Source of the DNA: Eledone cirrhosa
Taxonomy: Eukaryota
Direction of reading: 5' to 3'
Length of the DNA stretch: 64,000 nucleotides
Assembly: GCA_964016885.1 (NCBI GenBank)
Contig: OZ024753.1
Location: 12,214,001-12,278,000 of the forward strand
The translations under genes and the position numbers were made by a program. Below are positions 1 to 20,989 of the stretch, piece after piece (position 1 is the stretch's first letter; the number at the start of each line of letters is the position of its first letter). The notes below the pieces were generated by a model. It was given only the letters and a program-made list of their open reading frames with translations, was not told the origin of the DNA and ran no database searches.

Positions 1-149
1 TAACCGTTGGAGAAATGGAAAAATGTCAGTGTTGCCTTACATGGGAGTCGAACCCACATCTTATTATATATAAATATACATATACATATATATACATATA
101 CATATATACACATATACATATATATATATATATATACATATATATATAC

Positions 150-1135
150 ATATTTAGGAATTTATAAATATCCGGGTTATTGGTTGGTTCCACAACCAGA
201 TGGTTGTTCATACATTGTCAAATTCTTTCGTCGCACATTCTGTGACCTCTTCAGTGACTGGGAATTCATTTCTTTGTTTTGGTGCCTCTCCTTTGTTCTT
301 TCCTGCGCCATCTTGTTTCTGTGTGTGTGTGTTGTGTGCTCAGTCTGCGCATGCGCCACATCCGGGTGTCTGTGTGTTTATATTCGTTTATTTATTTGTT
401 TATTTACATGTTACTGGTTGGTTGGTTGTTCTATGTGCGTGTGTGTTTTCAATTTGTCCTTAATTGTAAGTTGAGATGTTCCTGTTCCACTCATGATTTC
501 TATTTAATTTTGGTTGTAATTCTTTTATGTTTATTGCCTCTATGATTTGCCTAAACATTGCGTCTTTTCTGTGTGTAGATTCTATTTTTTATTTCTATGT
601 TGTCTAATTTACCCTTATGTTCTATTTTAGCATGTTGGTAGAGTACAGATGATTTTTTACTATCTTGAAGGTCTCGCCAATGTTAATTTATCCGTTCCCA
701 TATACTACGAGCTGTCTCACCTATGTACACTATATTTTTATCTCTACATTGTCCTTCAGTACATCTTATGCTATATACTACATTTCTAGTTTTACAGTTA
801 ATATGGGCGCTTAATTTACATATTATACATTTCTTGTCTATACAGGGAGTTCTTTGAAAAGGGTATGTCTTGCTAATAACTGTTTTTATGGAGGTACCTG
901 GTGTTTCTACTATCTTAATATTGAGTTCATGTTTATTTAGGGCCCTTCTAAATGTGTAAGCTAATTCACCTCTAGGGGTTGTATCGATGAACATTACACT
1001 CTGGTATTTATTGCTATTATACCATGAGTTTATTCTATTAGCCTTATTCCTAGTTCTTTCTATTCTATTCTAAAATGTGCTCCTATACAAGGGGCAGGTC
1101 CCATTTGTGTCATTATTTGCCATTTTTTCTCATTT
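150..1135 (-). mobile_element. Penelope-like retroelement 3' portion: decayed GIY-YIG endonuclease ORF plus hammerhead-bearing 3' UTR/pLTR (family A)
   Basis: The minus-strand ORF 683..994 has a Cys-rich linker and NVVYSIRC...YIGETARS..ER (GIY-YIG). After frameshifts it continues as DAMFRQIIEAINIKELQPKLNRNHEW..TYN* with the stop at 460-462. The downstream 150-459 segment recurs six more times in the window. Confidence 0.85.
217..258 (-). ncRNA. Minimal type-I hammerhead ribozyme motif (family A)
   Basis: Minus strand: GUCA CUGAAGA G GUCACA-GAAUG-UGCGAC GAAA GAA UU UGAC. The core is intact, helix II has one mismatch and helix I is GUCA/UGAC. Confidence 0.65.
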
Positions 1136-1205
1136 GGTTATATATATATATATATATGTATATTTATAATATAAGATCAAAAGATGGTTAAAGGAGTTCC
1201 ATATA

Positions 1206-1270
1206 TTTTATTATGCGCATTTCAAAAACAAACATCATCAAGCAATAATATTTGTTTTCATCAGATAAAA
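1206..1270 (-). ncRNA. Minimal type-I hammerhead ribozyme (family B-like)
   Basis: Minus strand: UUUUAU CUGAUGA AAACAAAUAUUAUU-GCUU-GAUGAUGUUUGUUU UU GAAA UGCGCA UA AUAAAA. It has a 6-bp helix I, a 14-bp helix II with G-U pairs and a palindromic AUGCGCAU helix III. Confidence 0.8.
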
Positions 1271-1434
1271 CAGGAGAACATGATATGAAGGCTAAAAAAC
1301 ACTTGTTGATAGTGTAGTTTTAAATCAACTTGTTTTGATCTTATATTATGCATACTCCAGTCCACAAACTGTAGAGTGCTTCTTATCCGATATCTGCATT
1401 GCTTTATTGTACTACAATAAAACTCACCTCCTAC

Positions 1435-3900
<2,466 letters not shown>

Positions 3901-3901
3901 T

Positions 3902-4508
3902 GTCAGGTCACTAGTTGGTACTACTGGTAACATGTATCCCAGTACAACCTGTCCCATGGTCGGGTCGTTGGCGACTATACTGGCAATCACACCAAGGTTT
4001 CTTGGTGAGGAGGGTGACTTTGGATATCCTTCAGGACTAAAAACAAAACATGTCAAAGGGCAAAGGAGCTCTTAAGAGTCAATATCCATCCAAAATCACC
4101 GGGAGAGATGACTCCTTAGCCTTTGTCAAGGCAAAATTCTAGGAGAAGGAAAACTCTGACATAACACCTGCAACCCTGATGGTATCCAATGATGGTGACT
4201 TGTTCTTCTTTTTGGTAAATATATATCTTGGTTAAGAGAGTGGGACTGGCTTTCTGCAGTGCCTTTGCTCACTATAAAAGCTTCACTGCACAGGCATTGC
4301 CTTATATCCGGAGATCTATCTACACTTGTCATCACATGGTACCATGGGCCCAGCACTGTGTCAATAATTGTCACAAGTGTAGTGTTTGTACCAGAGTTTT
4401 CAAGTCGCTGGCTGGACTAAAGTCACACTCGTTCAGCGCATCGGTAGGGGTTCTCGTACATGGATATAAAGTAGTGGCCGTACTCGAAACCGAGTTGGCA
4501 GCCACCAT
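3902..4508 (+). mobile_element. ~600-bp non-autonomous RTE-derived element, full copy
   Basis: Closely similar copies lie at 38605-39103 (+), 58839-59293 (-), 60363-60970 (-), with a partial at 10379-10566. The 3' part encodes [17 protein letters not shown], resembling the C-terminal Cys/His motif of RTE-clade ORFs. It is followed by a TA/TATG tail. Confidence 0.7.
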
Positions 4509-4852
4509 ATATATATATAAATATATATGTATGTATATATATATATATAAATATATATGTATGTATATATATAAATATATATTTATGTATGTGTATATAT
4601 ATATATAAATATATATGTATGTATATATTTATCTAAATATGTATGTATGTATGTATGTATATATATATAAATATGTATGTATGTATATATATAAATATAT
4701 ATGTATGTATATATATATAAATATATATGTATGTGTATATATATATATATAAATATATATGTATATATATACATATAAATATGAATGTATGTATATATAT
4801 ATATATAAATATATATGTATGTGTATATATATATAAATATATATGTATGTAT

Positions 4853-4883
<31 letters not shown>

Positions 4884-7132
4884 AATATATATGTATATAT
4901 ATATATATATAAATATATATGTATATATATATATATATAAATATATATGTATATATATATATAAATATATATGTATATATATATATAAATATATATGTAT
5001 ATATATATATATATAAATATATATGTATATATATATAAATATATATGTATATATATATATATATAAATATATATGTATATATATATATAAATATATATGT
5101 ATATATATATATATATAAATATATATGTATATATATATAAATATATATGTATGTATATATATATATAAATATATATGTATGTATATATGTATGTATATAT
5201 ATATATAAATATATATGTATGTATATATATATATAAATATATATGTATGTATATATATATAAATATATATGTATGTATATATATATATAAATATATATAT
5301 ATGTATGTATATATATATATAAATATATATGTATGTATATATATATATAAATATATATGTATGTATATATATATATAAATATATATGTATGTATATATAT
5401 ATATAAATATATATGTATGTATATATATATATAAATATATATGTATGTATGTATATATATATATATTTATATATCTATATATATAAATATATATGTATGT
5501 ATATATATATATAAATATATATGTATGTATGTATATATATATATATATATTTATATATCTATATATATAAATATATATGTATGTATATATATATATAAAT
5601 ATATATGTATGTATATATATATAAATATATATGTATGTATATATATATATAAATATATATGTATGTATATATATATATAAATATATATGTATGTATATAT
5701 ATATATACATATATATGTATGTGTATATATATATAAATATATATGTATGTATATATATATATATATAAATATATATTTATATATATATATATATAAATAT
5801 ATATGTATGTATATATATATATATATAAATGTATGTATATATATATATATAAATATATATGTATGTATATATATATATATAAATATATATGTATGTATGT
5901 ATATATATATATAAATATATATGTATGTATATATAAATATATATGTATGTATATATATATATATAAATATATATGTATGTATGTATATATATATATAAAT
6001 ATATATGTATGTATATATATATATAAATATATATGTATATATATATATATAAATATATATGTATGTATGTATATATATATATAAATATATATGTATGTAT
6101 ATATATATATATAAATATATATGTATGTATGTATATATATATATAAATATGTATGTATGTATGTATATATATATATATAAATATGTATGTATGTATGTAT
6201 ATATATATATATAAATATGTATGTATGTATGTATATATATATATATAAATATATATGTATGTATGTATATATATATATAAGTATGTATGTATGTATATAT
6301 ATATATATAAATATATATGTATGTATGTATATATATATATAAATATGTATGTATGTATATATATATATATAAATATGTATGTATGTATGTATATATATAT
6401 ATATAAATATGTATGTATGTATGTATATATATATATATATATAAATATATATGTATGTATGTATATATATATATATATAAATATATATGTATGTATGTAT
6501 ATATATATATAAATATGTATGTATGTATGTATATATATATATATATAAAGATATATGTATGTATGTATATATATATATAAAGATATATGTATGTATGTAT
6601 ATATATATATAAATATATATGTATGTATGTATATATATATATAAATATATATGTATGTATGCATATATATATATATCAATATGTATGTATATATATATAT
6701 AAATATATATGTATGTATGCATATATATATATATCAATATGTATGTATATATATATAAATATGTATGTATGTATGTAAATATCTATGTATGTAGGTATAT
6801 ATTGTATAAATGTGTATGTATGTGTATTATATATATATATATAAATGAATGTGTACGTATGTCTATATATAAATATATATGTATGTATGTATATATTGTA
6901 TAAATGTGTATTATATATATATAAATGAATGTGTATGTATGTATGTCTATATATATATATATATATATATATAAATATATATATATATAAATATATATGT
7001 ATGTGTATATATATATATATATATATAAATGTGTATGAATGTATATATATATATATATATAAATGCATGTGTATGTATATATAAATATATGTGTATATAT
7101 ATATGTAAATATATATGCATGTGTATATATAT
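4509..7132. repeat. Compound (TA)n/AAAT/TATG microsatellite array
   Basis: Seen directly. Confidence 0.97.
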
Positions 7133-7277
7133 CTAAGGCGGGTAAAATTCCCGAGATCCATGGACGAGTTCTCTCCAGCGGTCTCTGTTCCTCATCATCG
7201 CTGCCATGTCCTGCGTCTCCAACAGACCAGTGTCTGTCCTTAGGCCATCAATATACGTTAACCTTGATCTTCCTCTA
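7133..7277 (-). mobile_element. RTE-like LINE 3' end fragment
   Basis: Encodes [38 protein letters not shown] and is nearly identical to 56133-56275 (+). Confidence 0.8.
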
Positions 7278-7280
7278 TGC

Positions 7281-7339
<59 letters not shown>

Positions 7340-7900
7340 TATATGCATGTGGATATATATAAATATGTGGATGTATCATGTGGATGTATCTGTGTATATA
7401 TATATATATAGAATATATATGCATGTGTTATATATACATATAAATATTATGCATGTGTGATATATATATATATAAATATATATGCATGTGTACATATATA
7501 AATAATATATGAATATGTATATATATAAATATATATAAATATATATGCATGTGTATATATATAAATATATATGCATGTGTATATATATGTATATATAAGA
7601 ATATATATGTATCTGTATATATGATAAATATGTGTATGTTTCTGTATATATATATAAATATGTTATGTTTGTATGTATATATATATATAAATAAATGTGT
7701 ATGTATATATATATATATACATGTGTATATATATATCTATATATATATCTATATATATATATAAATAAATGTGTATATATAAATATATATATATATATTT
7801 ATATATATATATATATAAATAAATGTGTATACATAAATATATATATATTTATATATATACACATATATATATATATATATAAATAAATGTGTATATATAA

Positions 7901-7935
<35 letters not shown>

Positions 7936-7973
7936 AATAAATGTGTATATATAAATATATATATTTATATATT

Positions 7974-8006
<33 letters not shown>

Positions 8007-8145
8007 GTGTATATATAAATATATATATTTATATATATATTTATATATATATATAATAAATGTGTATATATAAATATATATATTTATATATATATTTATA
8101 TATATATATAAATAAATGTATATATATATATAAATAAATGTATAT

Positions 8146-8190
<45 letters not shown>

Positions 8191-9859
8191 ATATATATAT
8201 GAGGCAGCTGATAAAGTACTTAACTGAGACATCAAGAATTACATCATTATGGCCATTAGCAAAACCTGAAGTTACAAATCCAATTCATATCCACCTCTAT
8301 TATGTCAGACCAACACATTATATAACAATACTAACAGCAGCAGAAACAACAAGAACAAATTTATCATCATCATCGTCTTCATCTTTATCATCATCATCGT
8401 CACCAACAACCATCTTCATCGTAATAATCATCATCATCATCTTTGTTATAATCATCATCATCTTTGTTAAAATCATCATCTTCGTTCTTATTATTATTAG
8501 CAGTAGCAGTAGTAGTAGTGGTAGTGGTAGTAGTAGTGGTAACAGATAAATATAAATGATAAAATATTGAATTCAATAATATTTTTGAGGTAATGTTTAT
8601 GACCCTGTTAGAAATAATTGAAATATTTTTCAATTTATAGGTAGTATAGCTTCCATTAGCGTCGCTTCTTTTTAAACATGTGTCTATATATGTGTATTGT
8701 TCCGTATATTGACGGATGGTGCTGTAACATTGACATTCGAATTTCAGTTATTATGGCAGCTAGTTTGTGTTTGATTTGTTTATTGTTTTGAAGAAGATAT
8801 GTTTTGTTTGGGTTATATCTATATAAGTGAAAAACCAACATCAATAGACTCAAGTGGAATATATATATGATTTACTACATAACTCTCAACAAAGATATAA
8901 TGATCTACTCTTATCAAATCTGTAAATGGTATTGCTTAACATAACATCGTTAAACGTTTTATAACTGGTATACATGTCCTAAACATCATATACTTCTACG
9001 TATGTTTGTAACACCCCAATATCAATATATTTTATATAACTATATTTCTGATAATACTCGTGTTGAAGTTAATGACACACTTCTTCCCCAGCCATCTATA
9101 TGATTGGTTGCGGCATTTTAGATAATTTATATTCTATGAATTTACAAAGTCGCAACAGAATCTGGAATATGCTATTTAAATATCATTCAGATACCACTTA
9201 AATGTTGTTGCTTTCTATTTTTCATGTTTAGTTTATTATATTTTTTGGTAGAACATTTTTATCAATATGATGCAAAGTTAAATTTCGGGGGCATTATGAC
9301 ATTAGAGATATATTCATTTCGTGATAATATAAAATTCATTGTTTTTTCTCGTTGAAGCGCACCAAAGATTTATATTTTTGTATTTTAATTTTGGTTTTAT
9401 TAGAGATTATCTACTTCGTTTTTTATATTTTATTTTATGAGAATAATCTTGAATAAAACAAATATACAAATGTTTGCTTCTAGAAAAAACGACTGCTAAA
9501 CAGAGATATATTTATATATGAACCATGAAAAAAAGTAAGCAATATCAGTTATGAAACCAATAAAAATCTGAAAGTAGGAATATGTGTCTATACTTGATCC
9601 ACTCAGCCATGGTAGCTAGGAAGATTGCTATGCAATTTAATGTTACACGATTGATTGAACTTCCTGGCAACTAGGACTGCTGTCGTTTCAATATAGTGTT
9701 GGGTACATACTAGTCTGTGAGAGGAAGTGTTGGTGGGAGGAAACTGTGTGGAACCGGTCACGTGGTTCGAAACTCATATTAAAATATCCACTTACGCCAG
9801 TTGGCGTAGACCTTACTGGGAATTACGTTAAGAATACGCTGAAGTTTTGAATACTCAAC

Positions 9860-10130
9860 TACATCGTTCTAGACGCTAATTCCGCCAGTTGCAGACTGCG
9901 AATTAACATGAGATATTTTTCTCCACAAAGTTCGATCACCAACAGCAGAGTTTAAAGAGCAAAGGTCAAGCGCAGTCCATAACTTGACATTATCAAGCCT
10001 TCGTTTTGGTTGTCGACTTCTGCTTCTCTTACCAGCCAACCCTCCTTCTAGACATATCTTACTCACACAACGAGTTGATCTTTTTATATGACAATACAGT
10101 TTAAGCACTCTTGACCTGACATCTGTGATT
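9860..10130 (-). mobile_element. RTE-clade LINE C-terminal fragment
   Basis: LKLYCHIKR...LEGGLAGKRSRSRQPKRRLDNVKLWT...DRTLWR matches the RTE post-RT pattern (GH..R...G.R.RGR...W.D...DR..WR). Confidence 0.7.
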
Positions 10131-10378
10131 GGTCTACGCCTGATGATGTTGAGCATTCCTCTGATATAGATACGTCCTATCAGCATATTGAGTCATATTT
10201 ACAAGGTTTTCGTGAGTATCATTGCGGCACGAGTGAAGTCAGACCTTCTCAACTACATACACGAGAAGTTAAAGTGTGAAAATTTCAGTCATATAGTTGC
10301 ATATTTACCATCAAAACTGACGTATCGAATAATCAGAAGGTAACATATGTTTTATGGAGGGAATATTCAAATCTTTGA

Positions 10379-10566
10379 GTCAGGTCACTCTTGAGTGCTA
10401 CTGGTAAAATGTAACCCAATACAAGCTGTCGCATGGTCGGGTCGTTAGTGAGTAAACCGGCAACCCCACCAAGTTTACTTGGTGAGAAGTGTGATTTTGG
10501 AAACCCTGCAGGACAAAAAACAAAATGTGACAAAGGGCTGAACAACTCAAAAGAGTCAACGGCCAT
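10379..10566 (+). mobile_element. Diverged 5' part of the ~600-bp RTE-derived element
   Basis: Aligns by eye to 3902-4090 (gtcaggtcac...atggtcgggtcgtt...aagagtcaa). Confidence 0.75.
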
Positions 10567-12124
10567 CTAAAAAAAAAAAAGATTTAAAAAGTCCTGCCAA
10601 ATCAATGGGTGGCAGTAGTTCCAGCTGCACCTATCGAAAGACTTGTGTAGTGGTTCAGAGAAGAATGTGGCTTGACAAAGGATCAATGTTAATTGACAAT
10701 GGAAAGGCGCTCCCGCTCGAATTAGAAGAGAACTATTGAACTTGAGGAGAAGCAGCGACCCTTGATTGTATTCAGCAACGAAAGCAAATATGGAGTACAC
10801 CAAATCCGATGCTCCTAGGGGCGGCGCTTTTTCATCTTATTTGCGAGTGTAAACTCTGCCAGATTAGATTATATTAGATATTCAAATCTGCTTCTGAGTT
10901 CAATGCCAGTTCAAACAACGTTGAAACATTTCATTGCAAGGACGCTGTAGTACTTGGACGCAAAGACGCTGCAAGCTAAACACTGAGATTATTTAAAAAC
11001 ATGAAACTGAAACCTCTCCATTTATTCGTGGGAATAATTGCAAGAAATTATATTGCTGATACTAGTATATACCATAGAATGAGCAGAAATATACACTTTC
11101 AGATTTGGCTCAACATATATACAGAATAATGGTTTTTGAAATATTTCGTTTGAAGTGTTATTGACAAGAATATCAGAGAAATGTATTTATGAAATTACTT
11201 TTTACACTTCAGTCTTCTATTCTACTTCATTTATTTCATTTGATAATTTCTACTAAAATTTTAAAAAAATTATATATATATTATTCTTTGTTTTAATATT
11301 TTGACGAATATATATTTTTTTGTCTGACGTGTGTGCATTTCATGGGAATATGTTTTTTTTTTATTTTCAATATTTCATAAAATACATTTATTCAATATCA
11401 TTTTATGATTCAATTTTGTTGTTGTTGATATTTCGGTATTATTTACAAACAACGCATTGTTTATATATAATTTGCATGTCATAATATTATTGAACTTGTC
11501 AAATATTTGAAACTGATCGAAAATTCGAAAAATAACACAAGAAGAAATACAAATACCTCTCATAAAGAGAATATATTAAAAATAATTATAGAACAGTCTT
11601 GTCTTTTACTCACGGCACAACGTCTTTTATGTAGTTGTTTGTTTTTTTCTTCATATTAAATACCTTCACATAAACGTTGCTATGGAGCTGTTACTGTCAG
11701 TTTCAAATTTGCAGAAGATATAACGTTTGTTATCCATTTCAAACCTGAAAAAATTATCGTTCCACTTAGTAGACACCTCATGGATATATGAACGATTTTT
11801 GCAGGTAATATATATGTTATGTTGGTATGTGTATATATGTACGTGTGTATATATGCGCATGTATATATGTAAATATATTTCTTCACCCAGTTGAATTGCC
11901 TTAATATTTACAACCTTAGCTGCATTGAGTGGCTGCATGCTCATAACAAATCTACAATGCTTTATGCAATCTATAATATATACACTACCATGTATATATA
12001 TATATATATTAATAAAAGTAATTCCAACTTTGTCTGATTTACTCGTGTTATGTACAATCCTTTAAAATTCATAATGGTATTAGAATGAAATAGTATGGTA
12101 GAATATTAAATGTTAAGTGTTAAT

Positions 12125-12163
12125 TGAACAAGTACTTTCATTCTTTCGCAATCTTCAGGTTCA
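12125..12163 (-). ncRNA. Minimal type-I hammerhead ribozyme motif (family F)
   Basis: Minus strand: UGAAC CUGAAGA UUGC-GAAA-GAAU GAAA GUAC UU GUUCA. Helix I is a perfect 5 bp, helix III is the palindrome AGUACU, and helix II is weak. Confidence 0.65.
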
Positions 12164-12168
12164 TATTG

Positions 12169-12231
12169 TGTGGTGACAGTCAAGTTTGCAATTTTCAACT
12201 GTTGAAAATTGCAAACTTGACTGTGACCACA
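12169..12231. repeat. Near-perfect palindrome (31-bp arms, 1-nt spacer, 1 mismatch)
   Basis: tgtggtgacagtcaagtttgcaattttcaac-t-gttgaaaattgcaaacttgactgtgaccaca. Confidence 0.95.
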
Positions 12232-12439
12232 AAATGCTGTGCACTCTATTGCTGCCTTAGGTGATGCCGAAACTGGAGTACGGGTATGGCTGGAGGTCCC
12301 CACATACATGTTGTATTGAAGCGAATTAATGTCTGTCTTCTCTGGGAGTTTACTTAACACGACCTATTGTACATCGAGATGTAACCGTTACTAGCAGTGA
12401 AACCCATTCTAGTTCCGTCAAGTTATTATATATATGTAT

Positions 12440-12815
12440 ATTGTTATATTTGGAGAGCGTCATATTGGTATAATAAATGTTTATCTAATAAAAAAGGCGT
12501 AGGCATTACAATACAACGGGAGGAAACTTAAGAGTACCACTGATGATGTCACAGATGTGGGACTAAAGAACTTTGATAGAATATATATATATATAATCAT
12601 ATCTGCATTTTTAACCGTTGGTCAATCAATGATAACTATTGATTGAGAGGAAAATTAACTATGGAGATATAAATGAAACAGAAGTGAAAACCAATTCAAA
12701 CCAAACAGGGTGTTCTATGATTATTTCTGGCAATATCATAATAATATGAGCCTCTCCAAATATTGCAAACATTTGTTTCAACACACGATTTCATATCAAA
12801 CACCTTGCAAAACAA
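12440..12815 (+). mobile_element. Diverged PLE family A pLTR copy with a decayed hammerhead (12535-12578) and a short inverted 5' piece
   Basis: ACCA CUGAUGA U GUCACA GAUG UGGGAC UAAA GAAC UU UGAU (G12 mutated). The 3' end (ttcaacacacg...ttgcaaaacaaat) matches 26985-27030. Confidence 0.65.
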
Positions 12816-13579
12816 ATATATATATATATATATAATCAAGCCCTTGATTAGAGATTTAAAGACGCTGGTCTGAGACCTTTACTCCCTCCGAAGAAGAGAT
12901 ATTATCTAGAAAAATTAAGGACATTTAAAATAAATTCAAGGTGAAAGACGAATTCACATCAATATCTTTCACTATTGGCATTCTTTTTTCTATGTCCAAT
13001 ACCTGCATTGTCTTGGCCTTATTACACATATTCTAACGTGTATATATATATATATATATGTATATGTATATATATGTATATATATATGTATATGTATATA
13101 TATGTATATGTATTATGTATATATATGTATATATATGTATATGTATATATATGTATATGTATGTATATATATATATATGTAATATGTATTATAATATGTA
13201 TATATATGTATATATATATGTATATATATGTATATATATATGTATATATATGTATATATATATGTATATATATGTATATATATATATGTATATGATATGT
13301 ATATATATGTATATATATGTATATATATGTATATATTATATATGTATATGTATATGTATGTATATATATATGTATATATGTATATATATGTATATATATA
13401 TATATATGTATATGTATATATATGTATATATATGTATATGTATATATATGTATATATATATATTATATATATGTATGTATATATGTATATATAATGATAT
13501 ATATGTATATGTATATATATATGTATATATATATGAGATATATGTATATATATGTATATATATGTAAGATATATATGTA

Positions 13580-13610
<31 letters not shown>

Positions 13611-13792
13611 ATATAGTATATATATGTATATATATATATGTATAATGTATATATATGATATATGTAATATATAATATAATGTATATATATATATATGTAT
13701 TATATATGATATGTATATATATATATGTATATATGTATATAATAATATATGTAGATAATGTATATATATGTATATATATGTATATATATATG

Positions 13793-13839
<47 letters not shown>

Positions 13840-13870
13840 GTATATATATATATGTTATATATGTATATAT

Positions 13871-14070
13871 NNNNNNNNNNNNNNNNNNNNNNNNNNNNNN
13901 NNNNNNNNNNNNNNNNNNNNNNNNNNNNNNNNNNNNNNNNNNNNNNNNNNNNNNNNNNNNNNNNNNNNNNNNNNNNNNNNNNNNNNNNNNNNNNNNNNNN
14001 NNNNNNNNNNNNNNNNNNNNNNNNNNNNNNNNNNNNNNNNNNNNNNNNNNNNNNNNNNNNNNNNNNNNNN
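13871..14070. other. Assembly gap (200 N)
   Basis: Run of N. Confidence 1.
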
Positions 14071-16301
<2,231 letters not shown>

Positions 16302-16659
16302 ATTAAATAAATGGAAACTATATTTATAAAACCATATTTATTTCATTATATATATTTCAGGGATATCATATTAACAATATGCTATGCCTTCCTCAGACAA
16401 AATACAATATAAACAGTTTTATAGATAAATAGATTCGACATACCGTAACAACACCGACTTGCATTTGAAGAGGTTGATTTGGCAGTGAAAAAATTGTACA
16501 CAGAGAGAAAGAAAGAGAGAAAAAAGAAAGAAAGACAGAAAACGAAGAAAAGGGAGAAAAAGAAGAAATGCATTGAACAAAATAGAGACATGGAAAGATA
16601 GATAAAGAGAAGAACTTCATGTAAAGAAACAGAAAGAGATATATATATATATCTGTTTC

Positions 16660-19255
<2,596 letters not shown>

Positions 19256-19551
19256 ATCGATATATAAAATATTACAAATGTGAAGCAAAACAGCACCACT
19301 GTCCTGGCACACACCACCACTTTCACAATCCAGGAAACGCAATTTATAGACTACATGTCCATCACACAATCCACGATGATTCAACATTGGGTGCCTGGTG
19401 AACCATGTTAAAACATCACAGCTTGTCTTTCTCTAATACTATTTAATTCTATTTATATTTATATATATTTATATATATATATATTTATTTATATTTATAT
19501 ATATTTATTTATATTTATATATTTTTATATATATTTATATTTATATCTATT

Positions 19552-19582
<31 letters not shown>

Positions 19583-20624
19583 TTATATTTATATATATTT
19601 ATATTTATTTATATTTATATATATTTATATTTATTTATATTTATTTATATTTATATCTATTTATATTTATATATATTTATATATATACGTATATATATAT
19701 ATAGGCTTGGCAACTTGTTGATACAGATATGCTTTCTTGACCGTCGAGATTTAAAATCGAAGTTAGATGCTGTAAATTTTCAGAAAATAAGAGAAATCTC
19801 TGAAAAAGATAAGTATCTGTACTTTGACGCGATTATTTTACATATGTTAGCGTTTTAAATGGGTTTAATTTGACTGTGATATTTTAACATCCTTCTTTTC
19901 CCTACTTGCCGAACAAGATAGGGGAAACCCCAACTTACATAGGTAGATGTACTTCTTTCCGTTTTCTTTTCCTTCCCTTTTTCCCTTTATCTCTTCTTAT
20001 CACTTCCTTCCACTCGCTCTCCTCTTCCTTTTCCTTTTTCCTCCTTCGCCTACCTTGAGGCAGTCCATCGGGTTTTTGTAGCCTCAGTACCCCCCACCCC
20101 AGTAAATTATATATAGCATTGGCAGAAAACGCAATACCAACTAAAAATATAGCAGCTGCTTTAGACTCTAGAGATTTTATTACTTTTTACTATTCAATTT
20201 TATTATTTTTACTTTTTTATTTATTTATTATATTTTAATCTCAATGTATTAACCTTTTAATTCTAACACATCCCACTCCCTATTCCCTCCAGAATCCTTT
20301 TTCGCCTGCTTCCTAACTAGCCTAATTTCATACACACTCCTTAGAATTTGGTGTATATAATTCACTTTCAACGCTTGACCGACTCCACCCACTCCGTCAT
20401 TGTTCTACAGGCAAGTTCAGCCACCCCACCTCCCACTCACTGCCATGAAAGATTTAATTGTATTTGCAAGACATTTTGACAAATCCTTTTGACAACTACA
20501 ATCTTCCCATATAAAGAAGACCAGAGCAATTAGCATTCGTTATAGAGGCCAGATAAAATGAAAACAGTGGTCGTGAAGCCATCAGCCACCGGAGCCCCCA
20601 AAACGAAGCAATCTAAACAGGTTG

Positions 20625-20985
20625 TTTTTCAATTTGTTTTGCGAGATCTGAAAAGGTGTGTTGAAACAAACATTGTTATACTTTAGGAGCGTCATGTTGC
20701 CAATAAATACCCACGCACCTGTTGGTTTTCACTTCAATTTATTATTTTCCGGTTGTTTATATATTTTCAAAGCTCTTTCGTCACACATTCTGTGACCTCC
20801 TCAGTGACTAGGCCTTTATTTTGTGCTTCTCTCTTTTGTTCTGTACTACAGCATCTAGTTTTTGCGTGTTTTGTGCTTAGTTTGCGCCGCCGTTACATCC
20901 GAGTATGGTGTGTGTGTTTATGTGTTTATTTACTTGTTCTATCTGTGTGTGTCTGATTTGTTTTGTTAGTTTGGTTTTTGTGTGT
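20625..20985 (-). mobile_element. PLE family A pLTR copy with hammerhead motif at 20766-20809
   Basis: Minus strand: AGUCA CUGAGGA G GUCACA GAAUG UGUGAC GAAA GAGC UU UGA. The flanks align with 150-450 and 26600-27030. Confidence 0.75.
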
Positions 20986-20989
20986 GTCG

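Noticed and set aside
3902-3995. HDV-like ribozyme at the 5' end of the RTE-derived element
   Set aside because: Hairpins exist (caacccg/cgggtcg; ggtcacca/tggcgact in the 60970 copy), but I could not build the nested P1.1/P2 double pseudoknot.
8199-8633. ORFs with Ser/Ile/Thr/Asp runs
   Set aside because: Produced by (CAT)n and (TAG)n trinucleotide repeats.
12382-12426. Hammerhead-like layout on the minus strand
   Set aside because: The core reads UUGACGG and GAAA is missing.
19260-19440. Unique island between AT arrays as a possible exon or GIY-YIG tail
   Set aside because: No diagnostic motif or splice context could be supported.
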